DNA of 64,000 nt from Sumerlaeia bacterium. GTDB lineage: Bacteria > Sumerlaeota > Sumerlaeia > SLMS01 > JAHLLQ01. The stretch covers positions 195,007 through 259,006 of the forward strand of contig JAVJSW010000068.1 in assembly GCA_040219255.1 (NCBI GenBank), read 5' to 3'. The position numbers and the translations under genes were made by a program. Positions 10,413 to 20,094 of this stretch are shown here, piece after piece; position 1 is the stretch's first letter, and every line of letters begins with the position of its first letter. The notes beneath the pieces were generated by a model, which worked only from the letters and a program-made list of their open reading frames with translations, searched no databases and had not been told where the DNA came from.

Positions 10413-11546
10413 TTAGTCGTTCACGATGGCGAAGGGCTTGGGGGCCTGGGCCGAGTTGAGGATGGAAACGCGCTGGGCCACGCGCTCGGCGATGTCGCGA
10501 TAGAGCGTGTAGTAGGGTTCCTGGGCCGGGTCGGCGGCGGGGGGAAAGCCCTCGTCCATGGCCTTGCGCAGGAGGCTGTTGAGGGGAATCTCGCCCAGCA
10601 GGGCGGTGCGGCTGTTGTCCGCGAAGGTCTGGCCGCCCCCCCGGCCGAAGACATGATCGCGGTGGCCGCATTCGGGACATTCGAACCAGGACATGTTCTC
10701 GACAATGCCCAGGATCGGCACGTTGAGCTGGCGGAACATGGCGAGGCCCTTCTGAGCATCGTGGATGGCGACGTTCTGAGGCGTGGTGACGATCACGGCG
10801 CCGGTGATCGGAACGGACTGGCAGAGGCTGAGCTGCACATCGCCGGTGCCCGGGGGCAAATCCACCACCAGATAATCCCGGTCGCCCCAGGTCACATCGT
10901 TGAGCAACTGGCGCATCGCCCCATGCAGCATCGGCCCGCGCCAGACGACCGGCTGATCGTCCGCCACCAGGAAGCCCATGGACATGGCGCGAACGCCGTT
11001 CTTCTCGAGCGGCACGATGCGGTTGTCGATGACCTGGGGCCGGCCTGTCAGACCCAGCATGGCCGGAATGTTCGGGCCGTAGATGTCGGCGTCCAGCAGC
11101 GCCACGCGCGCGCCCGTTTGCGCCAGCGCCATCGCCAAGTTCACCGCTGTGGTGGATTTGCCCACGCCGCCCTTGCCCGAACCGACCGCGATGATATTGC
11201 GGATGCCCGGGATCGGGGCCTTGCCGTTGAGGGACTGGCCCTGCTTCACGTTGGCGGTCATTTCGATGGTGATCTCGCCGACGCCGGGAACCATGGTCTC
11301 GATGGCGCCCCGGCAATCGTTCTCGATTTTTTTCTTCAGGGGGCAAGCTGGCGTGGTCAGCTCGACCGTCACCGCGACGGCGTTGTCGTCGCCCACCACG
11401 ACCGACTTGATCATGTTCAGGGTCACGAGGTCTTTCTTGATGTCGGGGTCGTTGACCGTGCGCAGCGCGTTGAGAACTTGGTCTTTGAGGGAAGGAGATG
11501 GCATGGGGCGAGTGGTGACAGCCTGCTGAAAACGGAAATGGGGCAC
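10413..11546 (-). CDS. apbC: Fe-S cluster carrier ATPase, Mrp/ApbC/NBP35 family
   Basis: DUF59-like N-terminus (LKDQVLNALRTVNDPDIKKDLVTLNMI) and deviant Walker A (IIAVGSGKGGVGKSTTAVNLA). CPECGH motif present. The start may instead be the internal Met at 11504. Confidence 0.85.
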   Translation of the reverse strand: MPHFRFQQAVTTRPMPSPSLKDQVLNALRTVNDPDIKKDLVTLNMIKSVVVGDDNAVAVTVELTTPACPLKKKIENDCRGAIETMVPGVGEITIEMTANVKQGQSLNGKAPIPGIRNIIAVGSGKGGVGKSTTAVNLAMALAQTGARVALLDADIYGPNIPAMLGLTGRPQVIDNRIVPLEKNGVRAMSMGFLVADDQPVVWRGPMLHGAMRQLLNDVTWGDRDYLVVDLPPGTGDVQLSLCQSVPITGAVIVTTPQNVAIHDAQKGLAMFRQLNVPILGIVENMSWFECPECGHRDHVFGRGGGQTFADNSRTALLGEIPLNSLLRKAMDEGFPPAADPAQEPYYTLYRDIAERVAQRVSILNSAQAPKPFAIVND

Positions 11547-11591
11547 GAATTCGCATCCGTGCCCCCAGTTAGCGAGAGAAGTGCCGCCGCC

Positions 11592-13229
11592 TCAAGGGCG
11601 GAGTTCGAGGACTTGACCCATCAGCGGCGGAAGCTGGCGCGTGATGACGCGGACCCGTTCCTCGGAAGCCTCGTTGGGAGCGACGATCATCGCGCGGTGA
11701 TCGGCGCCGGGCAGCACCTTGATCTGGAAAGGTTCGGGCGCAGCCGTGTCCTCCGAGACCGCCGCGTACTGGGCGTAGACACTGTAGGTGGTGCCGGGAA
11801 AATCGTCCAGGAACAGGGACTCGCCGGGGTTGATGCGCTGGGTCGCCATCGGTTCGAAGGGAACGGCCTTGGGGCCGAGACGGACCTCGATGGGGTAGGG
11901 CGCCGCGTTGTAGATTTGGAATTCGTTCCACATCGAAGTGTACTTGCCATGGTAGTGTTGCCGGGCGGAGCGCACGGGCGAGGGCATGGTGGTTTCGCCG
12001 TCGGCGGAAATCAGCGCATTGAACGTCCCGGGCAAAATCACCACCACCGGTTCGGAGGCGGAGTTGATGCTGCCCAAATCCACCACCCCCGCATCGGGGG
12101 CGTCGGGCGAGTAGCCGAAGAGCCGGAACACGCCCCCGGAGGGCACTCTGACACGGCTCGAACTCATAGGGGTCATCTCCTGCGGGAAGCCCTGGAGGCG
12201 GGCCGACTCGAGATCGACGAATCCCAGCCGCACATTCAGCGGCGTGCGGTTCTGGAACTTCAGTGGCACGCCCGAACTCCGCGAGACCCGCAGTCCGGCC
12301 GGAGGCGGCGAGGCTGGGTCCTGGAACAGGGACAGAATCTGAGACTGAATCGCGCTGGCGACCTCGTCCGGCTTCGGCGTCGGGGTTGGGGTCGGCGGCG
12401 GCGTCGGCGTCGGAGTTTCGTCGGGCTTCGCCTGAACCCGGTAGACCGTTCGGAAACCGATTTCGTCGCGCACTTGATTGGCGATGGAGGGATAGCGATC
12501 CGTGTAGGCGCCTTCGCCCCTCACATAGTTGGACCCGCGGACGACCTTGGACTGACCCGAGGGCGGACCGGTGGGATCGGTTTGTCCCGCCAGCACGGAG
12601 CGATAGTCCCTCTCGTACCAGTCGGCGACCCACTCGGACACGTTCGACGCCATGCCATGGACTCCCATCGGCGAGACATCGCCGGGGATTGCCTCCACCT
12701 TGTCGGTCGCGCCGTAGCTGCCTCGGCCCAGCGCCAGGTTGTTCTGCCGCAGGCTGTTGCCCCAGGGGTAGAGCTGGGCGTTCGGGCCCTGCGCCGCCGC
12801 CATCCACTCCGCCTCCGTCGGCAACGCTTTCCTCACGGTCTTGGCGTAGCCCTCGGCGTCGTACCAGGTAATCGACGACGCGGGCCGCCCCTCCTCGCGC
12901 AGAGCCTTGTTCGACGGCACACGGGGGACGCCGATGGAGGCGCGCTGCTGGACGTCCATATAGCGTTCGATCGACATTTCGTACTTGTCGATATAGAAGG
13001 AGCCGAGGCGTACTTCGAACGGTTCGCTGGGGTCGCCGACACGGTACACCCCGCCGGGGATCAGCACCATGATCGAGCGGTCGTAGGGGAACTCGATCTC
13101 CTTGGGCAAGGGTCCGAAATCCGGCGTGTCGATCGTTGGCGTACCCGGCAGAGGGCGCTGAGCGAGAAGCGGCGCCGCCAGAAAAAGGCAGACGGCAAGG
13201 AAGGGAGGAGTGAGGGATCGAAGAATCAT
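11592..13229 (-). CDS. Secreted formylglycine-generating-enzyme (FGE/SUMF1) domain protein with Pro/Thr linker and C-terminal domain of unknown function
   Basis: Signal peptide MILRSLTPPFLAVCLFLAAPLLA. The FGE-sulfatase-like core (YRVGD...YEMSIERYM...WYDAEGYA...LPTEAEWMAAAQGP...GNVSEWVADWY) is followed by TPTPTPPPTPTPTPKP and an extra ~260-aa domain. Confidence 0.65.
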   Translation of the reverse strand: MILRSLTPPFLAVCLFLAAPLLAQRPLPGTPTIDTPDFGPLPKEIEFPYDRSIMVLIPGGVYRVGDPSEPFEVRLGSFYIDKYEMSIERYMDVQQRASIGVPRVPSNKALREEGRPASSITWYDAEGYAKTVRKALPTEAEWMAAAQGPNAQLYPWGNSLRQNNLALGRGSYGATDKVEAIPGDVSPMGVHGMASNVSEWVADWYERDYRSVLAGQTDPTGPPSGQSKVVRGSNYVRGEGAYTDRYPSIANQVRDEIGFRTVYRVQAKPDETPTPTPPPTPTPTPKPDEVASAIQSQILSLFQDPASPPPAGLRVSRSSGVPLKFQNRTPLNVRLGFVDLESARLQGFPQEMTPMSSSRVRVPSGGVFRLFGYSPDAPDAGVVDLGSINSASEPVVVILPGTFNALISADGETTMPSPVRSARQHYHGKYTSMWNEFQIYNAAPYPIEVRLGPKAVPFEPMATQRINPGESLFLDDFPGTTYSVYAQYAAVSEDTAAPEPFQIKVLPGADHRAMIVAPNEASEERVRVITRQLPPLMGQVLELRP

Positions 13230-13346
13230 TGGCAAAAAAGGTCCCGGAAAGCGTCTCGGAAAAAACTGTCCCGTTGTCATAGTGCGGGTTGAAGTATGGG
13301 AAAAGGAAAATCCGCCAAAAGTTCCCGGCGGGGTTGTGGAAGGCGT

Positions 13347-13393
13347 AAAAAAAGACCGAGGGCGGGAAGCTTTGGCAAGCCTCCCGCCCTCGG
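13347..13393 (-). terminator. Intrinsic terminator for the minus-strand gene ending at 13426
   Basis: About 14-bp stem (ccgagggcgggaagc / gcctcccgccctcgg, one mismatch) with loop tttggcaa. On the minus strand it is followed by a 7-nt U run (plus-strand aaaaaaa at 13347-13353). Confidence 0.6.
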
Positions 13394-13425
13394 GGTCAGG
13401 GGTTAGGGTGGATTAGATCAGCCGA

Positions 13426-15246
13426 TTACTCGCCATGGGGAGCGGAGCTGATCGTGACCTGGTCAAACCGGAGCGTGCCCTGGTCAGCGTTGGACGCGTC
13501 GAACAACATGTCGTCGATGGTGACGTCGAGTACGGCGTCGAGGCCGCTGCGCAGGTCAGGCCAGTACACCACGGTGTAGCGGCGAGGAGCCGTCAGCAGG
13601 CGGACGTCGGCGTTCTTGTCGCCGCCGAATTGACCGTAGGCGCGAAGACCCGGGTCATCGGAGTCGCCAGCGGCCGCCGTGTCGGGCGACAGGCCGGAGT
13701 TGGACTGCAGGCCGAGACGGAAGTCGGGCAGCGTGGTGGCGCTGGCACCAGCGGTGTTCGTGGACGCCCACACATCGAGGATGTACAGGTTGCCCGCGGT
13801 CGCGGTGACCGCACCGGTGCTGGTGGACCAGGTGCCCAGGCCGTTGGAGTTGGCCGGAGGAGCGTTGGAGCTCATCACGAGGACCGTGCCGCCGGAGCCC
13901 GCGTTGGAGACCGGACGGGTGTTGTTGTTGTTGCTGAAGCCCCACTCGCCGGAGGTGACGAATGCGGTCGGGCTCGCGGCCGGAGCCGGGCTGCCAGGCT
14001 GAGCGGCCGGCGTGAACGAGCCGTTACCGACGTTGTATTCGACCGTTTCGGTCAGCTGGCTACGGTTGGTCACGGAGATGTCGATGGAGTTCAACGACAC
14101 GTCGCTGACGGCGGTGCTGGAAAGGTCGAGCACGTCGAAGCTCAGGCTGAAGCTGTTGTTCGGCAGGAGCGAGTAGTACGTCGAGTTATGCACGCCGACG
14201 CCGTCAGGCAGGTTGATCGAACGGGTCACGAGCTGATCGTCGAAGGTACCGCCGTAGCGGGTACCGGACTCGGAGCTGCCCGTGTCACGCGAGGTGGCGC
14301 GGAAGCGCATGCCAGCGTGGCCCGCGCCGTTGGTGGCGACGCCACCAGCGACCGTGGTCGTCAGGTTCCAGCGGACGAGCAAGATGTCTTCGAGGCCAAC
14401 GGCGATCGCATCCGCGATCGGCTGATCCCAAAGAGCCACGTGGCCGATGCCGGGGGCGATGGCGGACGGGGTCTCAATGGCCAAGGTCTCCGTGCCATTG
14501 GGGGCCGCAGCACCCTGACCAGTACCCTGAGTGGGGTTCACCGGAGTGGTGGTGATCGTTCCCGGCGAGGTGCCGGTCTGCGTCGTGTTGTTGAAGTTCG
14601 TCGCGAACGTATCCAACTCGGTCGGAGCCCAGCCACCGAACGTTTCGATGGTCGTGACCGGCGTGAAGATACCGGTGCCGGCCGACACGGAGTCGGAGGA
14701 ACCGTCGTTCGTCGTGATGACGGTGAAGGAAGCCATGTCGAACTCGTCGACGCCGTCAGGGGCGGCGGCGATGAACACCATGAGGTCCGCTTCGTCCGTG
14801 AAGGTCGTGGACGGAGAGGTCAGGTTACGCTCCACGTTGACGAAGTCGAGCAGGTCGTCGATATCGCCGGTGGAGTTGGTGAGGACGTCGGCTTCCGTGG
14901 AAGGAATCGAAGCCACGGTGGTGTCGCCGTTGATGGAGATCGTCGGGCTGGTGACCACGGACGAAGCGCCATCGAGTTCGGCGAAGCTGAAGAGAATGTC
15001 AGCGGACGTGTTGTTCGTTCCGTAATCGGAAGCGTCGATGTAATCGCCGAAAGCGAAGGCGTCCTCAAAACGGAAGTAGAGGACGGAGCCAGGGGCGACG
15101 TCGAGGACACCGGAGGAATCGCGATCCGTGATAACCACGGTCGGGATTTCATCGGTGAAGGTCGGGCCGACAGCGAGGGCACTGCCCGTGAGCAGGGAGG
15201 CAGCGGCCATCGCGCCGAGGGCTTTTGTGGGGAACCCAGTTCTCAT
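13426..15246 (-). CDS. Large secreted Thr/Ser/Asn/Gly-rich protein, hypothetical (adhesin- or surface-layer-like)
   Basis: Signal peptide MRTGFPTKALGAMAAASLLTGSALA. About 600 aa of low-complexity T/S/N/D-rich sequence with no recognisable catalytic motif. A terminator lies downstream. This strand was preferred over the antisense 670-aa Arg/Gly-rich ORF. Confidence 0.5.
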   Translation of the reverse strand: MRTGFPTKALGAMAAASLLTGSALAVGPTFTDEIPTVVITDRDSSGVLDVAPGSVLYFRFEDAFAFGDYIDASDYGTNNTSADILFSFAELDGASSVVTSPTISINGDTTVASIPSTEADVLTNSTGDIDDLLDFVNVERNLTSPSTTFTDEADLMVFIAAAPDGVDEFDMASFTVITTNDGSSDSVSAGTGIFTPVTTIETFGGWAPTELDTFATNFNNTTQTGTSPGTITTTPVNPTQGTGQGAAAPNGTETLAIETPSAIAPGIGHVALWDQPIADAIAVGLEDILLVRWNLTTTVAGGVATNGAGHAGMRFRATSRDTGSSESGTRYGGTFDDQLVTRSINLPDGVGVHNSTYYSLLPNNSFSLSFDVLDLSSTAVSDVSLNSIDISVTNRSQLTETVEYNVGNGSFTPAAQPGSPAPAASPTAFVTSGEWGFSNNNNTRPVSNAGSGGTVLVMSSNAPPANSNGLGTWSTSTGAVTATAGNLYILDVWASTNTAGASATTLPDFRLGLQSNSGLSPDTAAAGDSDDPGLRAYGQFGGDKNADVRLLTAPRRYTVVYWPDLRSGLDAVLDVTIDDMLFDASNADQGTLRFDQVTISSAPHGE

Positions 15247-15592
15247 ACGAGCGGGTCTCCTTTGTGGGGTTGCGCTGCCCACAAGGGCACACGGGAAAGA
15301 GCAGGGGGCTGCACTTCTCCAAATAACGTCGAGAGTGGCTGGACTCTCCTTTCTGCGGAGCGGAGTGAAGTATCGAAGGGGACGATCGGGGAGACGGAGG
15401 CGCCACGGAAACCGCGGGGACGGTTTGCAAGGGAGAGGAGTCTGTGAGTCCATCCAAGCACGTTGGGCATACCTTCCGGGGGTTTGATGGCTCTGAGCGC
15501 ATCATACACAAGCAGACTTAATGGTGCGCGAGTGCAACACATGTCAACCGTGAATCGTCGAAACGGAATCGTTAAGTTGCGGTTTCGAAGCA

Positions 15593-17086
15593 TCAGGACG
15601 GCAATTCCGCCAGCCATCGCTCGACTTCCGCGACCCGTTCCCCGCCCAGGGACAGGTAACGCTCCAAATTCTGGCGGATTTCCTCGTATGACGCACCGGA
15701 CTCGTCCAGCACGAGAGCATGGTTCAAGTAGGCGGGGGCGAACTCCGGGTGCTTCGCCAGAACTTCCGAGAGCACATCCCGGCTGCGCCGCAGATCCCCC
15801 ATTCTCAGGTACAGAGCGCCGAGATTGCTGGCGCCGCGGGGGTCGTCCGGCGCGAAGAGGGACGCCTGGTTGTAATGCTCTTCCGCTTCCGCATAGCGCC
15901 CCTGCTCGACGAGCAGGTTGCCCCATCGGATGTGAACTTCCGCGTTGGTGGGTTCGAGCTGGGCGGTGGCGCGGTATTCTTCCTCGGCACGGGCGAAATT
16001 GCCGCCCCGCTGCAGAGAGCGGGCTAGCAGGAGCCGGGCTTCCACATCGCGCGGGTTGCGGCGCACCATCATGCGGGCCAGCCGGGCCGCTTCGCTCCAT
16101 TGGCCTCGCTCGGCCGCTTCCTCGAGAGCCGCGCGCAACGACTCATTGCGCGAGGGCGAGGGCGCCGCCACTTCCGGAAACAGCACGCGGCGCACCTGCT
16201 CGGGATCGAGCGTGTCGGGCGATTGCAGTTCCACCGGGGGCCGTTCGCCCACAACGAGCGAGGCGATGGCGCCGCCAAGTCCGGGAACGGAGGCGCGGCC
16301 CGGCGCCCGGAAGGAGGAGAGGGGAGGCTGGGGCGGCAGCGGTGTCGCCGTGGGGGTCGGGGTGGGCGTCGGCGTGGGCCTTGGCGTCGGGGTCGGATCG
16401 GGCGCCAGGGCCACCTCCCGCTCGCCGGGGAGCGGTGCTTCGGCGGTGGGCGCCGGGGTCGGCGCGGGCGCTGTGGGGCGGGTCGTTTCGAGGGGCCTGG
16501 TGGGGACCGGGGTTGGCGTCGGCCGGGGCGTGCGGGCGGGGCGCCGCTCGCGGGGGGCGGGCGTCGGCCGCGGAGCCGGCTTGGCCACTTCCGCCGGGGT
16601 GGGACGGGGCGTGGGCACCGGCGTCGTCACGGGGGGCGGTATGGGGTCCGGTGTGGGTTCGGGCGTCGGTTCGGGGGCCGGGGAGCTTGCCAGTGCCGTC
16701 GGCGCCAGTTCCTCCACCGTAACGCCGAGGTCTTCGGCGACTTCGATGCGGGCCAGTTCGCGCTCGGCGAGAGCGCGTTCGAAATCGGGCGCCATGGCGA
16801 TGGCCTGGTCGAAATAGACGAGGGCCCTCTGGCTGTCGCCCAGGAGCCGGTGGGTATGGCCGACCTTATAGTAGAACGCGGGGCGCTCGGAAAGGTTCAG
16901 CGCCGCCAGGTAGCGCTGCAGGGCTCGTTCGTACTCGCCTTCCGCCTCCAGGATTTCGCCCTGGGCGTAATAATCGAAGGCGATGGCGCGCCGTTCTTCC
17001 AGGCGCAGCGCGCGCTCGGAGGCGCAGCCGGCAAGACTGCCGAGCACCACGGCGAGGACGGCGAGGCGAGAGAGGAAACGAAGCAT
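15593..17086 (-). CDS. TPR-repeat lipoprotein with long Pro/Thr-rich linker
   Basis: Lipoprotein-type signal [24 protein letters not shown]-like helices flank a [16 protein letters not shown] low-complexity region. C-terminal TPR motifs are present ([14 protein letters not shown]..., [15 protein letters not shown]...). Confidence 0.6.
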   Translation of the reverse strand: MLRFLSRLAVLAVVLGSLAGCASERALRLEERRAIAFDYYAQGEILEAEGEYERALQRYLAALNLSERPAFYYKVGHTHRLLGDSQRALVYFDQAIAMAPDFERALAERELARIEVAEDLGVTVEELAPTALASSPAPEPTPEPTPDPIPPPVTTPVPTPRPTPAEVAKPAPRPTPAPRERRPARTPRPTPTPVPTRPLETTRPTAPAPTPAPTAEAPLPGEREVALAPDPTPTPRPTPTPTPTPTATPLPPQPPLSSFRAPGRASVPGLGGAIASLVVGERPPVELQSPDTLDPEQVRRVLFPEVAAPSPSRNESLRAALEEAAERGQWSEAARLARMMVRRNPRDVEARLLLARSLQRGGNFARAEEEYRATAQLEPTNAEVHIRWGNLLVEQGRYAEAEEHYNQASLFAPDDPRGASNLGALYLRMGDLRRSRDVLSEVLAKHPEFAPAYLNHALVLDESGASYEEIRQNLERYLSLGGERVAEVERWLAELPS

Positions 17087-17107
17087 AGGCTGTTGAGGAA
17101 AGACCAT

Positions 17108-17656
17108 TTAGAATTGGCTCTGGTACACCAGCGAGCCATCGCTGAAGGACACGGACCGGTTTTTCACGCGCCAGAAGCCTTCGTAGACCCAGGTCTCACG
17201 GACCGGGCCGGTCTCGTATTGCTGAAAGTAGGCTTTCGAGGGATAACCGTAAGTGATCAGGTAACGGTCACTGTCGAGCAGCGGTCCCTCATAGACCAAC
17301 TTGCCTTCGATGAACTGGACGATGGTGTTGCGATCCCAATAGGCCCATTCGTCGAAGATTTCGTCGCGGTGGGCATCGACGCCTTCGCGTGCGTAATCCG
17401 GCTGGCCGTGGCGGTCGAGGACGTCGCGCTTGTCGGCGGTCAACATCGAGTCCTTCATGGCGTCGGTCTTTTCGAAGGCGCGGCGGTCGAAGCGCACGAT
17501 GAAATCGGCGGCGGGGCGGCCGGTATAGCGGCGGAACTGCTCGGGCTCGCCGGTGCTCATGTCGAAGAGGGGCTTGCGGTTGGTCGAGCACCCCGCCCCC
17601 GCGGCGAGGGCGAAGACCAGAGTGGAAATCAGAAGGAAGGGGCTGAAGCGTCGCAA
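17108..17656 (-). CDS. Lipoprotein, hypothetical (182 aa)
   Basis: Signal plus lipobox MRRFSPFLLISTLVFALAAGAGC, and the sequence is Trp/Tyr-rich. It lies directly downstream of the TPR lipoprotein on the same strand. Confidence 0.5.
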   Translation of the reverse strand: MRRFSPFLLISTLVFALAAGAGCSTNRKPLFDMSTGEPEQFRRYTGRPAADFIVRFDRRAFEKTDAMKDSMLTADKRDVLDRHGQPDYAREGVDAHRDEIFDEWAYWDRNTIVQFIEGKLVYEGPLLDSDRYLITYGYPSKAYFQQYETGPVRETWVYEGFWRVKNRSVSFSDGSLVYQSQF

Positions 17657-17862
17657 GACATCACCTCCGGGCGATCAGGAAAGGACTTCCTTGAATGGCG
17701 GGAAAGGCCGGGGTGGTCAAGTGGTGAAATGCTCCCGGTCCGCAGCCAAAATCGGCTGACACCTCCGGTCCAACGATGAAAGGGTCGGTCAGCGGGTTCG
17801 GCATGGCCAGTCTGCCGCCCCCGGGCCGCGCGCACTCCAACCGTGAGAAAGACCCGTAAGTC

Positions 17863-18126
17863 ATGGAAGGTATCGATCTGCCCAGTGGATGGCAGTTTCT
17901 CGGTCATTGGTGGTGGTTGCTGCATCTGGTGGTGATTGTGTTGATCTTCATGGCGGGATACGCCATCGGGAAATCGAACGCCGACCCGGGATCGGGTGGT
18001 GGGGAGGACGGAGGCGGCGCTGGCGGCGGCGCTTACATCCCGCCCTCCGCGAGGCCGGCGGCTTCGGGGAAGAGCGCGCCTGAGAAAAAGGAAAAAGCCG
18101 GACCTCCGGCCGATGGCGGCTGGTGA
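17863..18126 (+). CDS. Small membrane protein with Gly-rich tail, hypothetical
   Basis: One strong hydrophobic helix (WWWLLHLVVIVLIFMAGYAIG) followed by a Gly/Pro-rich C-terminus. This is a weak call. Confidence 0.3.
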   Translation: MEGIDLPSGWQFLGHWWWLLHLVVIVLIFMAGYAIGKSNADPGSGGGEDGGGAGGGAYIPPSARPAASGKSAPEKKEKAGPPADGGW

Positions 18127-18162
18127 AAAACCGCCGAGCTGTGGCGCTTAACCTGGGCGTTT

Positions 18163-18645
18163 TCAATCGTCCAGGGTGAACGGCACGATGCCCTCGTCGG
18201 TCAGCGTTTTCGGGGGAGAGTCGCCGTAGAGTTCGCGGTCGTGGAAGAGGGGCTCTTCTTGGGGAGCGGCTTTAGCGCCGGGGCCCCGGTTGCCGCCCTG
18301 GGCGGGGGCTTTGGCGGCGCCTTGGCCTTGCTGCGGGGCTCGGGCCCGGCCGGCGGCGGCATCCGAAAGGCGGTTGTGTTCGTCGTTAATGATTTTGAGC
18401 AGGCTGGCCAATTGACCGACCACCACCATGGCGTCCTTGTACTTCAGGGTGCGGGGAGCCATGGGATCGAAGTCGTTGATCTGACGGAGGGTGGGGAAGA
18501 CCGCCCGGACGTTTTTGAGGAGATTGTTGAACATCTTGGCCGTGTCGTCGTCCACGACCTCTTTCGGGTTGTTGCCCGCCACATAGCGAATGTCTTCGTA
18601 CATCTGGCGGGCCATTCCGTAAATCAGGGCGGCTTCGGTCGGCAT
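18163..18645 (-). CDS. Hypothetical protein (160 aa)
   Basis: Protein-like N-terminal 100 aa (MPTEAALIYGMARQMYEDIRYVAGNNPKEVVDDDTAKMFNNLLKNVRAVFPTLRQINDFDP) followed by an Ala/Gly/Gln-rich tail. No family recognised. Confidence 0.4.
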   Translation of the reverse strand: MPTEAALIYGMARQMYEDIRYVAGNNPKEVVDDDTAKMFNNLLKNVRAVFPTLRQINDFDPMAPRTLKYKDAMVVVGQLASLLKIINDEHNRLSDAAAGRARAPQQGQGAAKAPAQGGNRGPGAKAAPQEEPLFHDRELYGDSPPKTLTDEGIVPFTLDD

Positions 18646-18701
18646 GGCGTTGGTGTGGGCTCCCGTGGGGTGGATCGGTCAACCGGTAAGGGGCGGGGGA
18701 T

Positions 18702-19994
18702 TCAGCTCGCGGCCAGGTCCCGGCCCGCTCCCATGGCGAAATGAATTTCGCACACAGAAGAAGGGTCTACACCAAGGGAGGCCAAGCCCTCAAGCATTTC
18801 ATTTCGCTGACTAGCGGTTTGTGCCGGGGCGAGGAAGGAAGTCCAGCCGTGGCCGCTTTGAAGGACCTTGGCGCCGCGGATGATGGCGGCCTTCGAAGCG
18901 GATAGCCCGGGCGCCCGGATATAGCGGTCCGGGTGGTTGGCGCTGGCGGGGGACAATTCGCACCGCTCGCCTTTCCCCAGGGGATTGAGCTGCTCGAGCA
19001 CGGCCCCGCTTCCCGCCTGCGCCAGCAGCATCACGTCGCTCAGAACGCCGCTGCCGGTGGAGCCCTGTCCCGCGCCGGCGCCGTACATCATCGTCGAGCC
19101 GATCGGATCGCCCTCGACCCACAGCGCGTTGAGCACATCGCGGACGCCGCCGATCAGGTGGTTGCGGGGCACGAAGGTAGGCCACACGGACAGTGCGGGA
19201 TGGCCTTCGATCTTCTTGGCCGAGGCCAGCAGCTTGATGCTCATGCCCCTGCTGGCGGCGAACTCGACGTCGGCGGGGGCGATGCGGGTCACGCCTTGCT
19301 TTAGAACGTCAGTGGCGCGGAAGTCTTTGCCAAAAGCCAGCGCCGCCAGAATAGCGATCTTGTGCGCCGTGTCGTCACCTTCCACGTCCAGCGTCGGGTC
19401 CGGCTCCGCATAGCCCTTCGCCATCGCTTCCTTCAGGATATCGGCGTACTTGGCGCCGGGGCGATCTTCCATCGCCGTCAGAATGTAATTGCAGGTGCCG
19501 TTGAGAATGCCGAAAAGCGCGTCGATGCGGTTGGGCAGCAGGCTTTGCTGGAACGAGCGGATGATCGGAATGCCGGCGCCGACGCTGGCTTCGTAGAGAA
19601 GCTGGGCGTTGCCAGCGCGGGCGGCTTCGAACAGTTCGCCGCCGTAGGTCGCGATGAGCGCCTTGTTCGCCGTGACGACGTGTTTGCCGGCGCGCAGGGC
19701 GGCGTCCACGATACTCTTGGCGATGGTCGTGCCGCCGACCAGTTCGATCACACACTCGATGTCCGGGTCGGCCACGACCTGCTTGAAGTCGTCGGTCAGA
19801 ACGACTTCGCTGACGGAAACGCCCCGGTCGGTGGTCAAGTCCTTGTCGCAGATGGTCTTGAGGCGCAGGGGGCGGGGCAGCCGGCTGTTCAGCAAGGGAC
19901 CGTGCTCCAGCAGATGGCGCACCACCCCCGTGCCGATGTTGCCAAAGCCCACGAGGGCGAGATGGAGGGGTTTTCCGGAAGCGGAGTCGGTCAT
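18702..19994 (-). CDS. hom: Homoserine dehydrogenase
   Basis: LHLALVGFGNIGTGVVRHL NAD-binding N-terminus, the catalytic region (NKALIATYGGELFEAARAGNAQLLYEASVGAGIPII) and a C-terminal ACT-like domain. The start was chosen at MTDSASGK (ATG at 19992-19994). Confidence 0.85.
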   Translation of the reverse strand: MTDSASGKPLHLALVGFGNIGTGVVRHLLEHGPLLNSRLPRPLRLKTICDKDLTTDRGVSVSEVVLTDDFKQVVADPDIECVIELVGGTTIAKSIVDAALRAGKHVVTANKALIATYGGELFEAARAGNAQLLYEASVGAGIPIIRSFQQSLLPNRIDALFGILNGTCNYILTAMEDRPGAKYADILKEAMAKGYAEPDPTLDVEGDDTAHKIAILAALAFGKDFRATDVLKQGVTRIAPADVEFAASRGMSIKLLASAKKIEGHPALSVWPTFVPRNHLIGGVRDVLNALWVEGDPIGSTMMYGAGAGQGSTGSGVLSDVMLLAQAGSGAVLEQLNPLGKGERCELSPASANHPDRYIRAPGLSASKAAIIRGAKVLQSGHGWTSFLAPAQTASQRNEMLEGLASLGVDPSSVCEIHFAMGAGRDLAAS

Positions 19995-20094
19995 TTTTTC
20001 GGGTTCCTTGCAACACACAGGGGGATGAAGAGAGGGGCGGCGGGCCGGGTGACGGGGCGGAAGCTCGGGAGGCGCAGGCTCAGGAAGGGCGGAC

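Noticed and set aside
13435-15447. 670-aa plus-strand ORF overlapping the Thr-rich secreted protein gene
   Set aside because: Its translation is Arg/Gly-rich and non-protein-like, with no signal peptide. The minus-strand frame has a signal peptide and a downstream minus-strand terminator.
16300-16650. Highly repetitive DNA resembling a repeat array (also 12380-12420 and 51850-52560)
   Set aside because: These are in-frame Pro/Thr (PTPTPRPTP) or Pro/Gln/Gly codon repeats inside real genes (TPR lipoprotein, FGE protein, IF-2), not CRISPR or intergenic repeats.
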